Assembly: GCF_006345805.1 (NCBI RefSeq)
Contig: NC_043010.1
Location: 42,966,001-43,030,000, forward strand
DNA: 64,000 nucleotides
Reading direction: 5' to 3'
From: Octopus sinensis
Taxonomy: Eukaryota
Part shown: in pieces, positions 1 to 12,239 of the stretch
How positions within the stretch are numbered: the stretch's first letter is position 1
Layout: every line of letters begins with the position of its first letter
The notes under the pieces: generated by a model
The model's database searches: none
Seen by the model: only the letters and a program-made list of their open reading frames with translations
What the model was told of the DNA's origin: nothing
Position numbers and translations under genes: made by a program

Positions 1-204
1 AGTTTAAGTCTTAGATTTACCACATAGGATCTTCTCATGGATTCTTTGGCTGCTTTTGGTATACGAGTCTCGATGTCCCTGCAGAAATGGTTGGAGCTTC
101 CTCGGCGCCTGAACTACGTCGTCCTGTATGGAAAAAAAAAAAACAAGTTGAAAGCAGCAAATTCATGGTGATCCATGCCGGAAGGTGTTATAATGCTAAA
201 ACTC

Positions 205-915
205 CTGCCACCCTAAAGTCTCTCTGACTGGTATTGAAATCAAAATAGGACGGAAGTGAAGAACAATGGAGACTGTCAAGGCTGCAGAGACGCAGTTAAG
301 GCATGAAACACTTGTGGATGTTTTACTTCGTAGAAAGGCTGGCCTGAGGAGTTCTACAATACCCCACTACGACAAGATGCAAGAAAAGAATAGGAGACTA
401 CTGATCCGGGATGAGGTGTGAGCTTCGATTGAAGAAGAATGAGCCAGCAAGTGTGCTGGGATGCGGCGCCAAGGAGCCTGGCTAAGATGGGACCAAGCAG
501 TGGTACGCCAAGTCTCATGGCACGGCCTTCGGAAAACGGAGCTCTACCAGATAAAATTCCTAATAACCCATTTAATTTGTTCTGCCTGGAGTGACCTGAT
601 AAGCCCCTGTGTCCGAGGAACAGACCCCTGGAGGACATTCTAATAGGCGTCCAAAAGTCCTGAAAGAGGGATGCTACCGCTGGAGATATTGCCAGGTTAT
701 GACGATCAAAGCAAACACTATCCGAAGCGGGATTAGCGATAGCAGTCACCTCTGCCCTCCGAAGTTTAACATGGAGAAGACGCCAGCTACTAGGCCCGCC
801 CACCTCGGGCCTACTAGTCATGGAAAAAACTGGGAGTTGAAAATCAACCAGAAGAAACAGCTGAAGTTTCCTGAAACTGTCGCTTCAACATTACACAGAC
901 TAGATATGGTGCTGA
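205..915 (+). mobile_element. Decayed HERO-clade (R2 superfamily, restriction-like endonuclease) non-LTR retrotransposon, C-terminal ORF fragment
   Basis: Frameshifted translation gives GIEIKIGRK...AETQLRH, GMRRQGAWLRWDQAVVRQVSW, IKFLI, PKVLKEGCYRWRYCQV and WELKINQKKQLKFPETVASTLHRLDMVL. These match the HERO CCHC-linker/RLE region as recalled (GAWTRWE, GRYRWRHDQVL, FP..I..T.LRPDIVL). Confidence 0.7.
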
Positions 916-1009
916 TAAGAATGTGTAGTGGTGATTCGAAACCGAATCTCTTGATAAGCTGTCAGACATCACGAATAAGCCGCAATAGTTTCACGCGATC
1001 GCTCTATTA

Positions 1010-1281
1010 AGCAACCAATCAACATCCAACCACTGCGTGGTTCAATTTTCTTGAATTTTCTTTTTGTGCCCCATATAAAAGCCACTTTTTGGCGTCTAAA
1101 ATCTTAGCAGAGTGTTGAGACTGGCCTCCCATTCACACGTCTCACCTCATAACAGGCAGAGTATTGAAAGCTGGGTGAAATGCATCTCCAATCTTGTTTT
1201 GGATATTTGCACAGATATCTTCAGGTTCTCATAAGTAAATTCTTTGAAGGTAGCGCGGTTTTTCCATCTCTACCAGTAAGT
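1010..1281 (+). promoter_or_regulatory. Candidate promoter and first exon inside the insert that splits the HERO element
   Basis: CCAAT at 1015-1019, TATAAAAG at 1074-1081, donor CCA|GTAAGT at 1276, possible acceptor TTACTTTTTCACGCAG| at 1386. Motifs only, no expression evidence. Confidence 0.3.
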
Positions 1282-1934
1282 AATTGTTGCTGTTATTATT
1301 TGTAAAAGACCAATACAGTTAAAACACTATGTCCAGTAATAAAATCTTCTGTTACTTGTCGTAAGTGTAGTTACTTTTTCACGCAGTCCCAAGATACATT
1401 TTTTTTACCAGCAACAACACAGCAGCTACAATGACTACTGTACGACCAAACAACAGCTCGAAAAATCTATAGATGAGTCGGTTGTTGTCGAACCACCTAA
1501 TGTGATTCACTCAGAAGGCTGTAATAACATTTGACAGGAAATCCGGTATAAAGAAATACATGGAACAAGATGGTAACTTTAAATGTCTTTAATGCCGGCA
1601 ACACATATATATACACAAACTGAATGATCAATGGAAGTGGTTGATGGGCATTTATTCATATATCTACATGTATCCGCGTGGGTTGTATGTTTGCTGTTTA
1701 CCCTGGTGAGAAGCTCACGAACAACGACATGTTAGAACCTGTGCAGTGTAGTCGGGGCTGTGTAACTGTTGCTGACGACGTTGATGAGAGACATGATGGT
1801 AGCGACGAAGATGGAGGTCGCTGTAATGTGGTCAGTGTTTTGACCTTAGAAGGTCTGAAACCAACTGACTCCGAGACTTGAAGGAAGTGAATTTTTATAG
1901 CTAACGGTAGGCTCAAGTGCAGTTTAGAACAGAC

Positions 1935-2030
1935 TGTCTCACGTGATTTATCTGGAGGCTGCGATTGGTTGGGTTGCATATTGGCGCACGATAGAGTAAG
2001 AGACAAATTGCGTCAATACCAACCAATCAG
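1935..2030. promoter_or_regulatory. CCAAT-box/E-box cluster in CpG-containing DNA
   Basis: E-box CACGTG at 1940-1945 (TCACGTGA context), ATTGG at 1964-1968 and 1980-1984, CCAAT at 2023-2027 (AACCAATCAG context). Confidence 0.3.
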
Positions 2031-2144
2031 AATGTTAGACACAACCGGGTCCAAAACAGCGTCCAAAGGTTAGCTATTGCCTGCAACGTTCGTGTATGTA
2101 TGTATATATATATAACGGAGAGAGGAAGTTTACTAGAGTTTGCT

Positions 2145-2755
2145 ACAAATTCAAGCAGGTGGTTTTCCATTACCTGTGAGAACCGCATCAAGGAGGCAGC
2201 TGAACAAAGTATGATGCCATCAAAGTTGGGTGCAGAGGGTTGCAGGTTAGTTCCTCTGCAGAGCTCACAAGCATGCTTGGCATCACAGGGACCAATTGGC
2301 GGAGAGCAGTCAGGATGGCCGTGGGGAGGGGGGGGGCAACAGAAGGGTTACCTGAAGACGGCCGTGGATCGGGTAGAGCGAACATTAGAAGGAACAGTGT
2401 TATCAGAGGAAGTGCTGATTGGACACAAAATGGGGCTTGATCAAACCCAGCTGGGTCACCTGGGCGAGGGTGTCTGATGTTGAAAGACCTGAAACACCTA
2501 ATTAGCCCACTTGACCCCTTGTCAACATTACTGATGATGTGTCCGGGTGCATTACAGGATGACGTATGGAAAACCATCAAAGTTATGTGCAGAGGGTCGG
2601 CAAGCCAGTCTCTCTGCAGAACTTACAAACATGTTTCGCACCACAGGGGCCAATTGTCGAAAAGCAGTCAGGCTAGCTGTGTAGACAGCAGAAGGGTGTG
2701 GATCATGCCGACCCTAGGAAAAATAACTGATGCGTTCAGGTGCATCACAGGATGA
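2145..2755 (+). mobile_element. HERO LINE 3' end (rest of RLE domain and 3' UTR) plus a partial tandem second 3' end (about 2570-2755)
   Basis: KQVV...CENRIKEA, IKVGCRG...SMLGITGTNWRRAVRMAV (EVGCRG motif). 3' UTR GGGCTTGATCAAACCCAGCTGGGTCACCTGGGCGAGGGTGTCTGATGTTGAAAGACCTGAAACACC resembles the HERO tail as recalled. The ATCAAAGTT-TGCAGAGGG block repeats near 2577. Confidence 0.7.
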
Positions 2756-2894
2756 TGTATGAAAAACTATGTATGTATGTATATATGCATGCATGTATGT
2801 ATGTATGCATGCATGTATGTATGTATGAATGTATGAATGTATGTGTGTATGTATGTGTATATATATATACATCTCGTTCAGAGATTTATTATTG

Positions 2895-2936
<42 letters not shown>

Positions 2937-3060
2937 TATTATCAAAAAATTCAAGGTTTATATCATCACCTGTAATTTGATCTATCTATCTCTATATACA
3001 TATATATACACTCACACACACACACACATATATATATATACACACACACACTCACATACG

Positions 3061-3106
<46 letters not shown>

Positions 3107-3225
3107 TGTATGTATGTATGTATGTATGTATGTATGTATGTATGTATGCATGCATGCATGTATGTATGTATGTATGTATGTATGTATGTATGTATGTATG
3201 TATATACGTTTGTATATACATGACA
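2756..3225. repeat. Compound microsatellite (TATG)n/(TA)n/(CA)n
   Basis: Directly visible; accounts for the MYVC/HTYI pseudo-ORFs. Confidence 0.95.
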
Positions 3226-4349
3226 AGATCACGATCGACAAAACTTCGAAGTCCCCATCACCACTTTTCCTTGAGATAAGTACCACACCTTTAGTAAAAG
3301 TCACTTCCTTTTAAGTTTGGCTTATATATATATATATATAACACACACACACGTTGTGCACATACATACATGCATATAGTACATGCATAAATATAGTACA
3401 TTATTTCACCTAAGATCTGTACTCTTCTAAAAAATATATATATATATACGCATACATTTTACATATGGAAAATATTGTACACACGTATATAAATATATCT
3501 ATACGTGCGTGTATGAAATGCTTTTGTGACCATAATTCTTTATGATTAGCTTTCAAACTGTCTACAAGAAGAGACAGTTTTTAAAAAAAATATACTATTA
3601 AGCACAACGTCGCCTGTCAAAGACAGAATATATTTTACACCGAAATATCTGTATGTATGTATGTATGTATGTATACACACATACAGTGTACGTCCATCAA
3701 TGTACACGTACACACACACTAAGCAAACACGGAAGCGGCGACACACAGACAACATAATTTATTTGCTAAAAAACTATGGTGCTGTAATCTGGACCAGCCT
3801 TACATATGTCTGTCGACCTCGCTCAGACACACACACACAGAAAAAGTTCTCTCTCTTTACTTGCCTGTCTTTTTTCTCACTTTCTCACACACACACACAT
3901 ACAGACTCACACCGGCCTGTCGGACGGAGAGAGAAAATATTGCAGCGACTGATCTGTTTTTCTCTTCTGATCAACATCTCCACCAGATATTCTATTCTTC
4001 CTTACATGTTTAAATATGTATATAAATCCTGGAACCTCTAACTATTCTTAAAGCCAGCATCAGTTTTTTTTTTTTTATATAGAAAAAAAGCAATAGACAT
4101 TTCACCTCTTTTTTCACTCCATGTTCTTGTAGTTTAAACAGGACAAACATTCATAGACTTTCCTCTATCTATCACTGTCTCAGAGACATTTTTTACTCCC
4201 AAGTAATCATAATACTCTTTCTCTTTCTCTTTCCAACACACTCACACTTAACAGGATCAATATATAAAAAGCTATTTTTTTCCCCATCCTCCACAGTTTA
4301 TAGACCAGTACATTTTTTTTTTATACACACATCAAACACTGCTGTGAGT

Positions 4350-4630
4350 ACTATATACAACTACAAGATACAGGAGAAGCATCAAAACTAGACCAGAATT
4401 TCGGCGAAAAATTATCCCGCACCTGCAGTAACCAGAACAAAACGACAGAGTAAATAACAACAACAAAGGAATCAGAGAAAGGTGTCGCCAGGACAGTTAG
4501 AAGGCAAGTGTCTGGATCTCTCCACTCATGGTTATATTTTTTTAACATTGCTGATGGTTTACTTTTTTTAGGAGAGAAAAAAAAAAACATTACGAGATGG
4601 CGGCAGAGAATTTCTTTGTTCCTTTTACAG
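4350..4630. promoter_or_regulatory. CpG-containing promoter-like patch with a YY1-type motif
   Basis: GAGATGGCGGC at 4594-4604 (YY1 consensus AAGATGGCGGC); CpGs retained in an otherwise CpG-poor background. Confidence 0.22.
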
Positions 4631-4734
4631 CGATTATTTGATTATTTCTTCTCTCCTTCTCATTTTTTTCGTTTCTTTATTTTTAATCTGTTGTTATACC
4701 GTCATAACTTTTTATTTATTTATATTTACATTAC

Positions 4735-4817
4735 ATAAACTTTAAATATATATAAACAAACACATACACACATACGCATACATTTTTATATGTATGTATA
4801 TCATATGTGAGTGTATG

Positions 4818-4859
<42 letters not shown>

Positions 4860-5006
4860 GGGTGTGTGAATATATAAATGTGTGTATACATAGATATATA
4901 CATATATATATATACATACACACATGTACACATATATATATATACACACAAATACATATATATAGTATATATATATATATGTATGTATATAGAATATATA
5001 TAGTGT

Positions 5007-5047
<41 letters not shown>

Positions 5048-5945
5048 CACATATATATATATAGTTATATGATATACATACATACACAAACATATATATA
5101 CATATGCATGTATATTTCACTATGTGTATGTATTTCAACATAGCTTGCCAGATAAGGGCTGATCTTGTCAATCGTGTCTTCATACACGTTAACTATTCAG
5201 GCATCAGTGTGTTCACAAACATTTCATTTGTGTTAGCATCAGCTCACACAAAATGAAATGTTTGTGCATTTTAACCAGAACACACACGAAACTGAAATGA
5301 TGGCATAAATAAAATTCAAATCTGTCCAGCACACTGTTGTGTCAATTTTTCTTCTCTTTCCCATCCATCTCACTTATGTGTCTGGAGGTACGGTATGTCA
5401 AAAACTTAAAAGAAATCATAAACGTACATAATCTCACACAAATGTGTAGGTATGTATGTATATATAGGTATATACATATATATATATATATATATACACA
5501 CACACGTTTTCAGCTACATATGTGTATGAATATATAAAATATCTATAACTATATATATATATATATATATGTAACTATATATATATACACACTATATATA
5601 TTCTATATACATATTATATTACTATTATACTATGTATACTACATGTATGTATTTGTCTGTATGTATATATGTGTATATGGTGGTATGTATATATATATAT
5701 TAATATATGTATATATATGTATATTTTTATATGTATATAATGTACATAAATATGTACATGTATATGTATGTAATATATATATATAATTATATATATATAT
5801 ATATATATGCATATGTATATATATATGTATAATATATATATACTTTATTTAAAAGCAGCAGAAATATGTGCATATATATATATATATGTATTATACATGT
5901 ATCTATATGTATATATGTATACATATGTATATGTATGTATGTATG

Positions 5946-5993
<48 letters not shown>

Positions 5994-6748
5994 TGATATA
6001 TATAACATTCATACATATACATATGTATACATATATACATACATATACATATCAATATATATGTATATATGTGTATATATATATGTATATGTATACATAT
6101 ATATATATGTGTATAGATATGATATATAGATATATGTATATATATATATATATATGTTTATATATATATATGTATATATATATATATGCATATATATATA
6201 TGTATCTGTAAATATATGTGTGTGTGTATATATATATGGGTGTATATATATATGTGTGTATGTATATATGTATACATATGTATATGTATGTATATATATA
6301 CATACATACATACATACATATGTATACATATATACATACATATACATATCAATATATATGTATATATATGTGTATATATATATGTATACATATATATATG
6401 TGTGTAGATATATATATGATAATAGATATAGTATTATATATATTGTTATATATATATATGTATATATATATGTATATATATGCATATATATATGTATCTG
6501 TATATATATGTGTGTGTGTGTATATATATATATATATCATCATCATCGTTTAACGGCCATTTTCCATGTTAGCATGAGTTGGACGGTTCGACTGGTGTCT
6601 GGGAATCCAGGAGGCTGCACGAGTCCCAAGTCTTATCAGTGTTTCTACAGCTGGATGCCCTTCCTAACGCCAACATCTCTGCAAGTGTAGTGGGTGCTTT
6701 TTACGTGCCATCGGCACAGATGGGAAACAGGTCTGTGCTGGCATCGAC

Positions 6749-6792
<44 letters not shown>

Positions 6793-7270
6793 GTGGTGTG
6801 GTGTGTATGTATATACATTTGTATATATGGTGTGTATATATTATATATATATATATATGTGTGTGTGTGTGGGTATATATGTATACATATATATGTGTGT
6901 ATATATATGTATACATATATATTATTATATATAATGTATACATATATGTATATATATGTATGTTTATATGTGTGTATATATAGTATATATATATATATAT
7001 ATTTGTATATATATGTATATGCCTATATATATACATATATATCTATATATGTATATATATGTGTATATATATATGTATATACTTAGTATGTATATAACTT
7101 AGTTTGATTTGAAAACCCTACTAGAATGGGAGAAAGCGCTAATGATCTAAGTGATATGATATATATAAAAAAATGTAATATATAAATAAATATCTGTAAA
7201 TATAAACCATCCGATCTTCTGATTACCTCATTTCTTCTAATATATATGTATATATATGCATATATATATG

Positions 7271-7302
<32 letters not shown>

Positions 7303-7323
7303 GTATATGTAATATATATATAT

Positions 7324-7404
<81 letters not shown>

Positions 7405-7597
7405 ATATTATACAATATATATATATACATATATATATATATACATATATATATTACATATATATATATATACATATTATATATATACAGATATATATAT
7501 ATACATATATATATATAACATATATATATATGTACATATATATATATGTTATATATATATGTATGTATATATATATGTATGTATATATATATGTATG

Positions 7598-7630
<33 letters not shown>

Positions 7631-7875
7631 GTATGTATATATAATGTATGTATATATATATGTATATATATGTATGTATATATATATATATATGTATGTA
7701 TATATATATATATGTATGTATATATATATATATATGTATGTATATATATATATGTATGTATATATATGCATATATATATTTATATATATATATATGTGTG
7801 TGTGTGTATATATTATATGTAGATATATATGTATATATCATCATCATCATCATATGTGTATATATATGTATATAT
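4735..7875. repeat. Large (TA)n/(TATG)n/(TACA)n microsatellite field with short unique islands
   Basis: Directly visible low-complexity sequence. Confidence 0.95.
6537..6750 (-). mobile_element. RTE-type 3' tail repeat (SINE or truncated LINE) ending in (GAT)n
   Basis: Reverse complement reads GTGCCGATGGCACGTAAAAAGCACCCACTACAC...GTTGGCGTTAGGAAGGGCATCCAGCTGTAGAAAC...(GAT)n. Further copies at about 9950-10150, 10240-10445, 14220-14420, 48820-49028, 57225-57500, 59220-59430 and 63190-63400. Confidence 0.75.
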
Positions 7876-7879
7876 AGTT

Positions 7880-9655
7880 AATCGAACATGAAAACACAAA
7901 GAGAAAACACAACAATGCAAGGATGTGGAACAAGTATAGTGTTATTGGACGCTCAGGAAAGGTAGGAAAGAAGGAGGATTTAACGTTTTGAGCGGAGCTC
8001 TTCGTCAGAAACATAGGAAATGGAAAGATCCGAGGAAGGGAAGGCGGAGAAAAAAAAGTCGCCAACGGTACACACACGGTCACATTTTGAATGACCGGAA
8101 GGGAATGGGTGAAGAAAAAGTTCTTTCAAAGACAGGAGAGTGCAAGAGAAGGAGGTATGTGTGGGTATGTGCGTGCGCGCAGGTCTGTGTGTATGTGTGT
8201 AATGATAGCACGTGTGTGTGTGTGTGGTTGTGGCTGTTAATCTATGTGTGTGGTTGGGCTTAGTATCGTTTAAGGTCAAGGAAGAATGAAGTAGGGGGTG
8301 GCTCTTGTGTCTACCTCCCCATGTGCGATGTGCGTAGAAGAATGGTCAGTGGAAGGTACTGGTAGTTTGAAGTATGTGTGTGTGCATGTATGTATATGTA
8401 TTGTGTGTGTGTGTGTGTACATGTATGTATGTGTCTGTTTGCGTGTGTATGCGTAGAGGTTGTGTGTGTGGGGAATAACTGTGCTTTACTTTGAGTATGT
8501 GTGCTTGTATGTGTGTATACATGTATGTATAATTGTATGCATGTATGTATGAGTGTGTGCTGTGTGTATGGGAGGTATGTGTGGGTTCATTTGTGTGTGT
8601 AAGTGCATGCGTGTTGTATGTGCCTGTAGTTGTGTATGCGTATGTGGGTGTATATACATATATCCGTGGGGTTGTGAGTGTTAGGTGTGTGTATTCGTAT
8701 GCATGCGTATGTGTGTGTGTCCGTGTCTATATATGTATACGTATGTGTGTGTGTGTGCGCATGTATGCATATATTGTGTGTATATGTGAATTTGTGTATG
8801 TGTGGGGGTTTGTGGAGTTTGTGTAGGCATAATGTGCGTGCGTGTGCTTGTGTGTGTGTGTGCTTACGTGCGTGTGTGTTTGTGCCCATGTGTGTATAAT
8901 TGTGTGCATGTGTCTATGTGTATTGTTTGTTGGAGGTATATGTGCGAACCTGTGCTAGTGTGTGTATATGTGTGTGTGCGTATGTATGTGTGTGTGTATG
9001 TGCGTGTATGCATGTGTGTATGTGCGTGTGTGGGAACGTGGAGATGTGTGTCAGGTTGTGTGCGTGTTTGTGAATGTTGAGATGTGTGTTAGGTTGTGTG
9101 CATTTTGTTGTGTGTACACACGTGTGCTTGACTATGTGCGTGTCTGTGATTGTGTGTACGTTTATGTGTGTCTGTCTAAAGGTATGTGTGTCTGTGTGTG
9201 CATGGGTTGTGTGGCATAGGTTTCTGTGCATTCCTGTGTGTGTGTATGTGTGTACGTGCATATGTGTGTGCATGTGAGTGTATGTGGTGTGTGTGTGTAT
9301 GTATGCGTGTGTATATGTGTGTGGAAGTATGTGTGTGTATATGTGCATGTATGTATGTTGTATGTGTGCGGTGTGTGGAAGGTATATGTGTGTTTGTGGA
9401 TACGTATGTGTGTGTATGTCTTCGTGTATAAAAACAATAAATAAAAAAACAAAATTATAAAAACAATAAAATATATGGAAGTTGATCTAATATAAAAGAT
9501 GCAATTACAAGAAAGGAAAAATGAAAAATGAAAAAGAGAGAAGAAATAAAGTTGCTTGTTGCGGGAGGTGTAGAGGCAGTCACTAAGAGGAGGGAGCTGT
9601 GTTAAGTCCATGCGGGATATTAGTCCGTAAATTGAAGATATAGCGCTGTTCCAAG
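7880..9655 (-). mobile_element. Penelope-like element 3' end (GIY-YIG C-terminus, long CA-rich 3' UTR, hammerhead)
   Basis: About 9650-9575 on - translates to [19 protein letters not shown] (PLE endonuclease end, E..WI..L.T..P.GLN). This is followed by about 1.3 kb of (CA/CATA) low complexity and a hammerhead core at 8012-7978. Confidence 0.65.
7978..8012 (-). ncRNA. Minimal type I hammerhead ribozyme, core-mutated (G12 to A)
   Basis: GUUU-CUGACGA-A-GAGC(UCC)GCUC-[A]AAA-CGU-U/AAAU. Palindromic ACGU helix III. G12 appears lost by CpG decay. Confidence 0.55.
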
Positions 9656-10484
9656 TGGTATATATATATAATATATATACATATATATATATTATATGTA
9701 TACTAAATGTTATATGTATGTGTTTGTATATATATAATATATATATATATGTATATATATGTATGTATATATATGTATATATATATATGTGTATATATGT
9801 ATATATACGTGTATATATATGGTATATATGTATATATATATATGTATATATATTATGTATATATATATGTATATATATATATATGTGTATATATATATGT
9901 ATATATACGTGTATATATATGTGTGTGTATATATGTATATATATGTATATATCATCATCATCATTTAACGTCCGTTTTCCATGCTAGCATGGGTTGTACG
10001 GTTCAACCGGGGTCTGGGAAGCAGAGGGCTGCACCAGGCTCCAGTCTGATCTGGCAGTGTTTTTACAGCTGGATGCCCTTCCTAATGCCAACCACTCCGT
10101 GAGTGTAGTAGGTGCTGTTTACATGCCACCGGCACAGGTGCCAGGGGAGGCTGGCAACTGCTACGATCAGTTACTTACTTTGGATCGTAGGGTGACCTGC
10201 TGTGCTTGAGGGCACTATTGAGTCATATACATCCATCAACATCAAAATAAAAATCAAATGGAAATTGTAGTTGTGATACCTGTGCCGGTGTCACGCAAAA
10301 AACACCCTCCGAATGTGGCCGATGCCAGTGCCGCCTCGACTAGTGTCTGTGCCGGTGGCACATAAAAAGCACCAACGGATTGTGGACATTGCCAGCCTCG
10401 TCTGGCTCCTGTGCCGGTGGCACGTAAAAGAGTGCCACTACACTCATACATATATCTTCATATATATAAAACAGAATGTGTGTG

Positions 10485-10760
10485 TGTCTATCTGTGTGTT
10501 TCCCTAAAACTTGAGAACTACACAACCAATTTCATTCAAATTTTACACATGCCTTACTTAGGGTCCGGGGAGTGTCGTCGGCAAAAAAAATGTTCAACTT
10601 CTTGCCTAGAGCGAGCCCATAGCAATATCATATCTTCTCCACTATTTCAGTATTACGTGTTAAAAGTGAAACAAAACCATTTCTCTATTTTATGTCAGAT
10701 ACTTTCACTTTAACAATAAAAATAATAATAACAATTGAATTATATGTAGTAAGTAATAAT
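10485..10760 (+). mobile_element. Possible Helentron-associated (DINE-1/HINE-like) non-autonomous element fragment
   Basis: Microsatellite-flanked CTATCTGTGTGTTTCCCTAAAACTTGAGAACTACACAACCAATTTCATTCAAATTT resembles the HINE core as recalled; ends not resolved. Confidence 0.35.
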
Positions 10761-10929
10761 TAAAATCAAACTAAGGTATAATATAATCGTAACATAACTA
10801 AAGTAAAAATAGCAATTGGTATAAAATTGCATCAATGACTTGAACTTGAATAAGTGGTTTCACATGAATGGGAATAAATTAAAATAAAATTAGCATGCAG
10901 AAATGGAATAGTCCAGATGGATAATAAAA

Positions 10930-11300
10930 ATTAAATTAAGAAAAGACTATTGTCTATAAAGTATACAATGTAGAGAAAACAGATTTGAACACATGGAGGA
11001 AAGCACCTTCGAAAAGTGTCTTGGTGCGACTATGAAAGATATCTAATCAGAGGCGGTAAATTCGCCACAATAGAAGCAAGGTTTGAGTCAACAGAGCATG
11101 CAAGGGAGTACTCGACTCGAACTTGCAAAGTGGAAATATTTTATTTTTACCTTTATATCTGGGATGTAGGACGTGCCGTAAAAAAATTTAAAATGCCACC
11201 ACCCCCAGAAGTAGAGGTAGGCTGGATTGTAGCCACACTTCTATACAAAAAGGAGGACAAGATCCAATTGATCGAAATTACAAGAGACGGGCTAACAATT
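10930..11300 (+). mobile_element. Possible decayed LINE ORF1 fragment
   Basis: Frameshifted IEARFESTEHAREYSTR...KMPPPPEVEVGWIVATLL resembles RRM-type LINE ORF1 as recalled; weak. Confidence 0.25.
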
Positions 11301-11904
11301 CCAGTCTGTTATATATTTTGAGTATTGTTATCACTAGCGATATCAAGATATAACTTTGTATTTTGTATTTTATGTGTAGATCTATATATATATAGATGTA
11401 CATGTAATATGTACACATATATATACATGCACTAGCACTATGACCTAGCAACAACAGGTCTTTAATGCTAGTATATATATACATGTTTGTATGTATGTAT
11501 GTATGTATATATATGTGTATTATTTTCAAGGAAAGATCCAGAGAAATAGTTACCAGGTTAGCCAAATATCACATAAGTGCCTAAGAAATTCGTCACCACA
11601 CTTTCATTGGTGATAATTCCGAGGAGAAGTGAGTCATTTTTTGAAGAACTATATTATTTATATATATATATATATATTATAGTTTCTCACATCTATTAAA
11701 AAGGCTTATTAATGAGCCCATGTTTATAATCTCTCACCTGATGAGATTGATATATCATTCCACATTATTCTTCCTCTCAGATTAATTTTTAATGCATGAA
11801 GTGAAATATATGTCAGTGATATGATGATATAAATGATTTACATTACATCTTGTGTGTTTGTCTCCATTTTTCATTATTATTATATATGTATGTATATATA
11901 TTTT

Positions 11905-12010
11905 CCTTTTTGCACCCTTTTCAAGCCTAGCCAGGCTCATGGGTCCGGTTTCCTGGTTTCTGTGGCGTATGTGTTCCCCCCAGCTGGACGGTACACCAGT
12001 CCATCGCAGA
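11905..12010 (-). mobile_element. SINE fragment with a Meta/V-type central domain
   Basis: Reverse complement CTGCGATGGACTGGTGTACCGTCCAGCTGGGGGGAACACATACGCCACAGAAACCAGG resembles the MetaSINE core (GCGATGGACTGGCGTCCCGTCCAG...GCTACGGAAACCGG) as recalled. Confidence 0.45.
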
Positions 12011-12058
12011 TGTATATATATACATGTGTATATATATGTGTATATATTTATGTATATA

Positions 12059-12105
<47 letters not shown>

Positions 12106-12239
12106 ATATATATATATATATGTATATACATATATGTGTGTGTATATATACATACACACACATATACACTAGCAAGGTGTATGTTTATAAAGAAGATAAT
12201 ATTTAAGTTATATAGAGTATATTGAGTATAGAGAGTGTT

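Noticed and set aside
1698-2006. 102-aa S/T-rich - strand ORF
   Set aside because: No recognisable domain, and it lies within the insert. It may be non-coding promoter sequence.
2465-2500. GGGTGTCTGATGTTGAAAGACCTGAAACACC in the HERO 3' UTR resembles a hammerhead
   Set aside because: The core is CUGAUGU, with no helix I or II. It is better explained as an ordinary structured LINE tail.
2740-9970. Dozens of ORFs rich in Y/I/M/C/V/H/T
   Set aside because: These are translations of (TA)n, (TATG)n and (TG)n repeats that happen to lack stop codons; they have no domain structure.
11734-11822. CTGATGA...GAAATATATGTCAGTGA hammerhead-like spacing on +
   Set aside because: Helix II cannot be formed and helix I needs an extra nucleotide; too degenerate to call.
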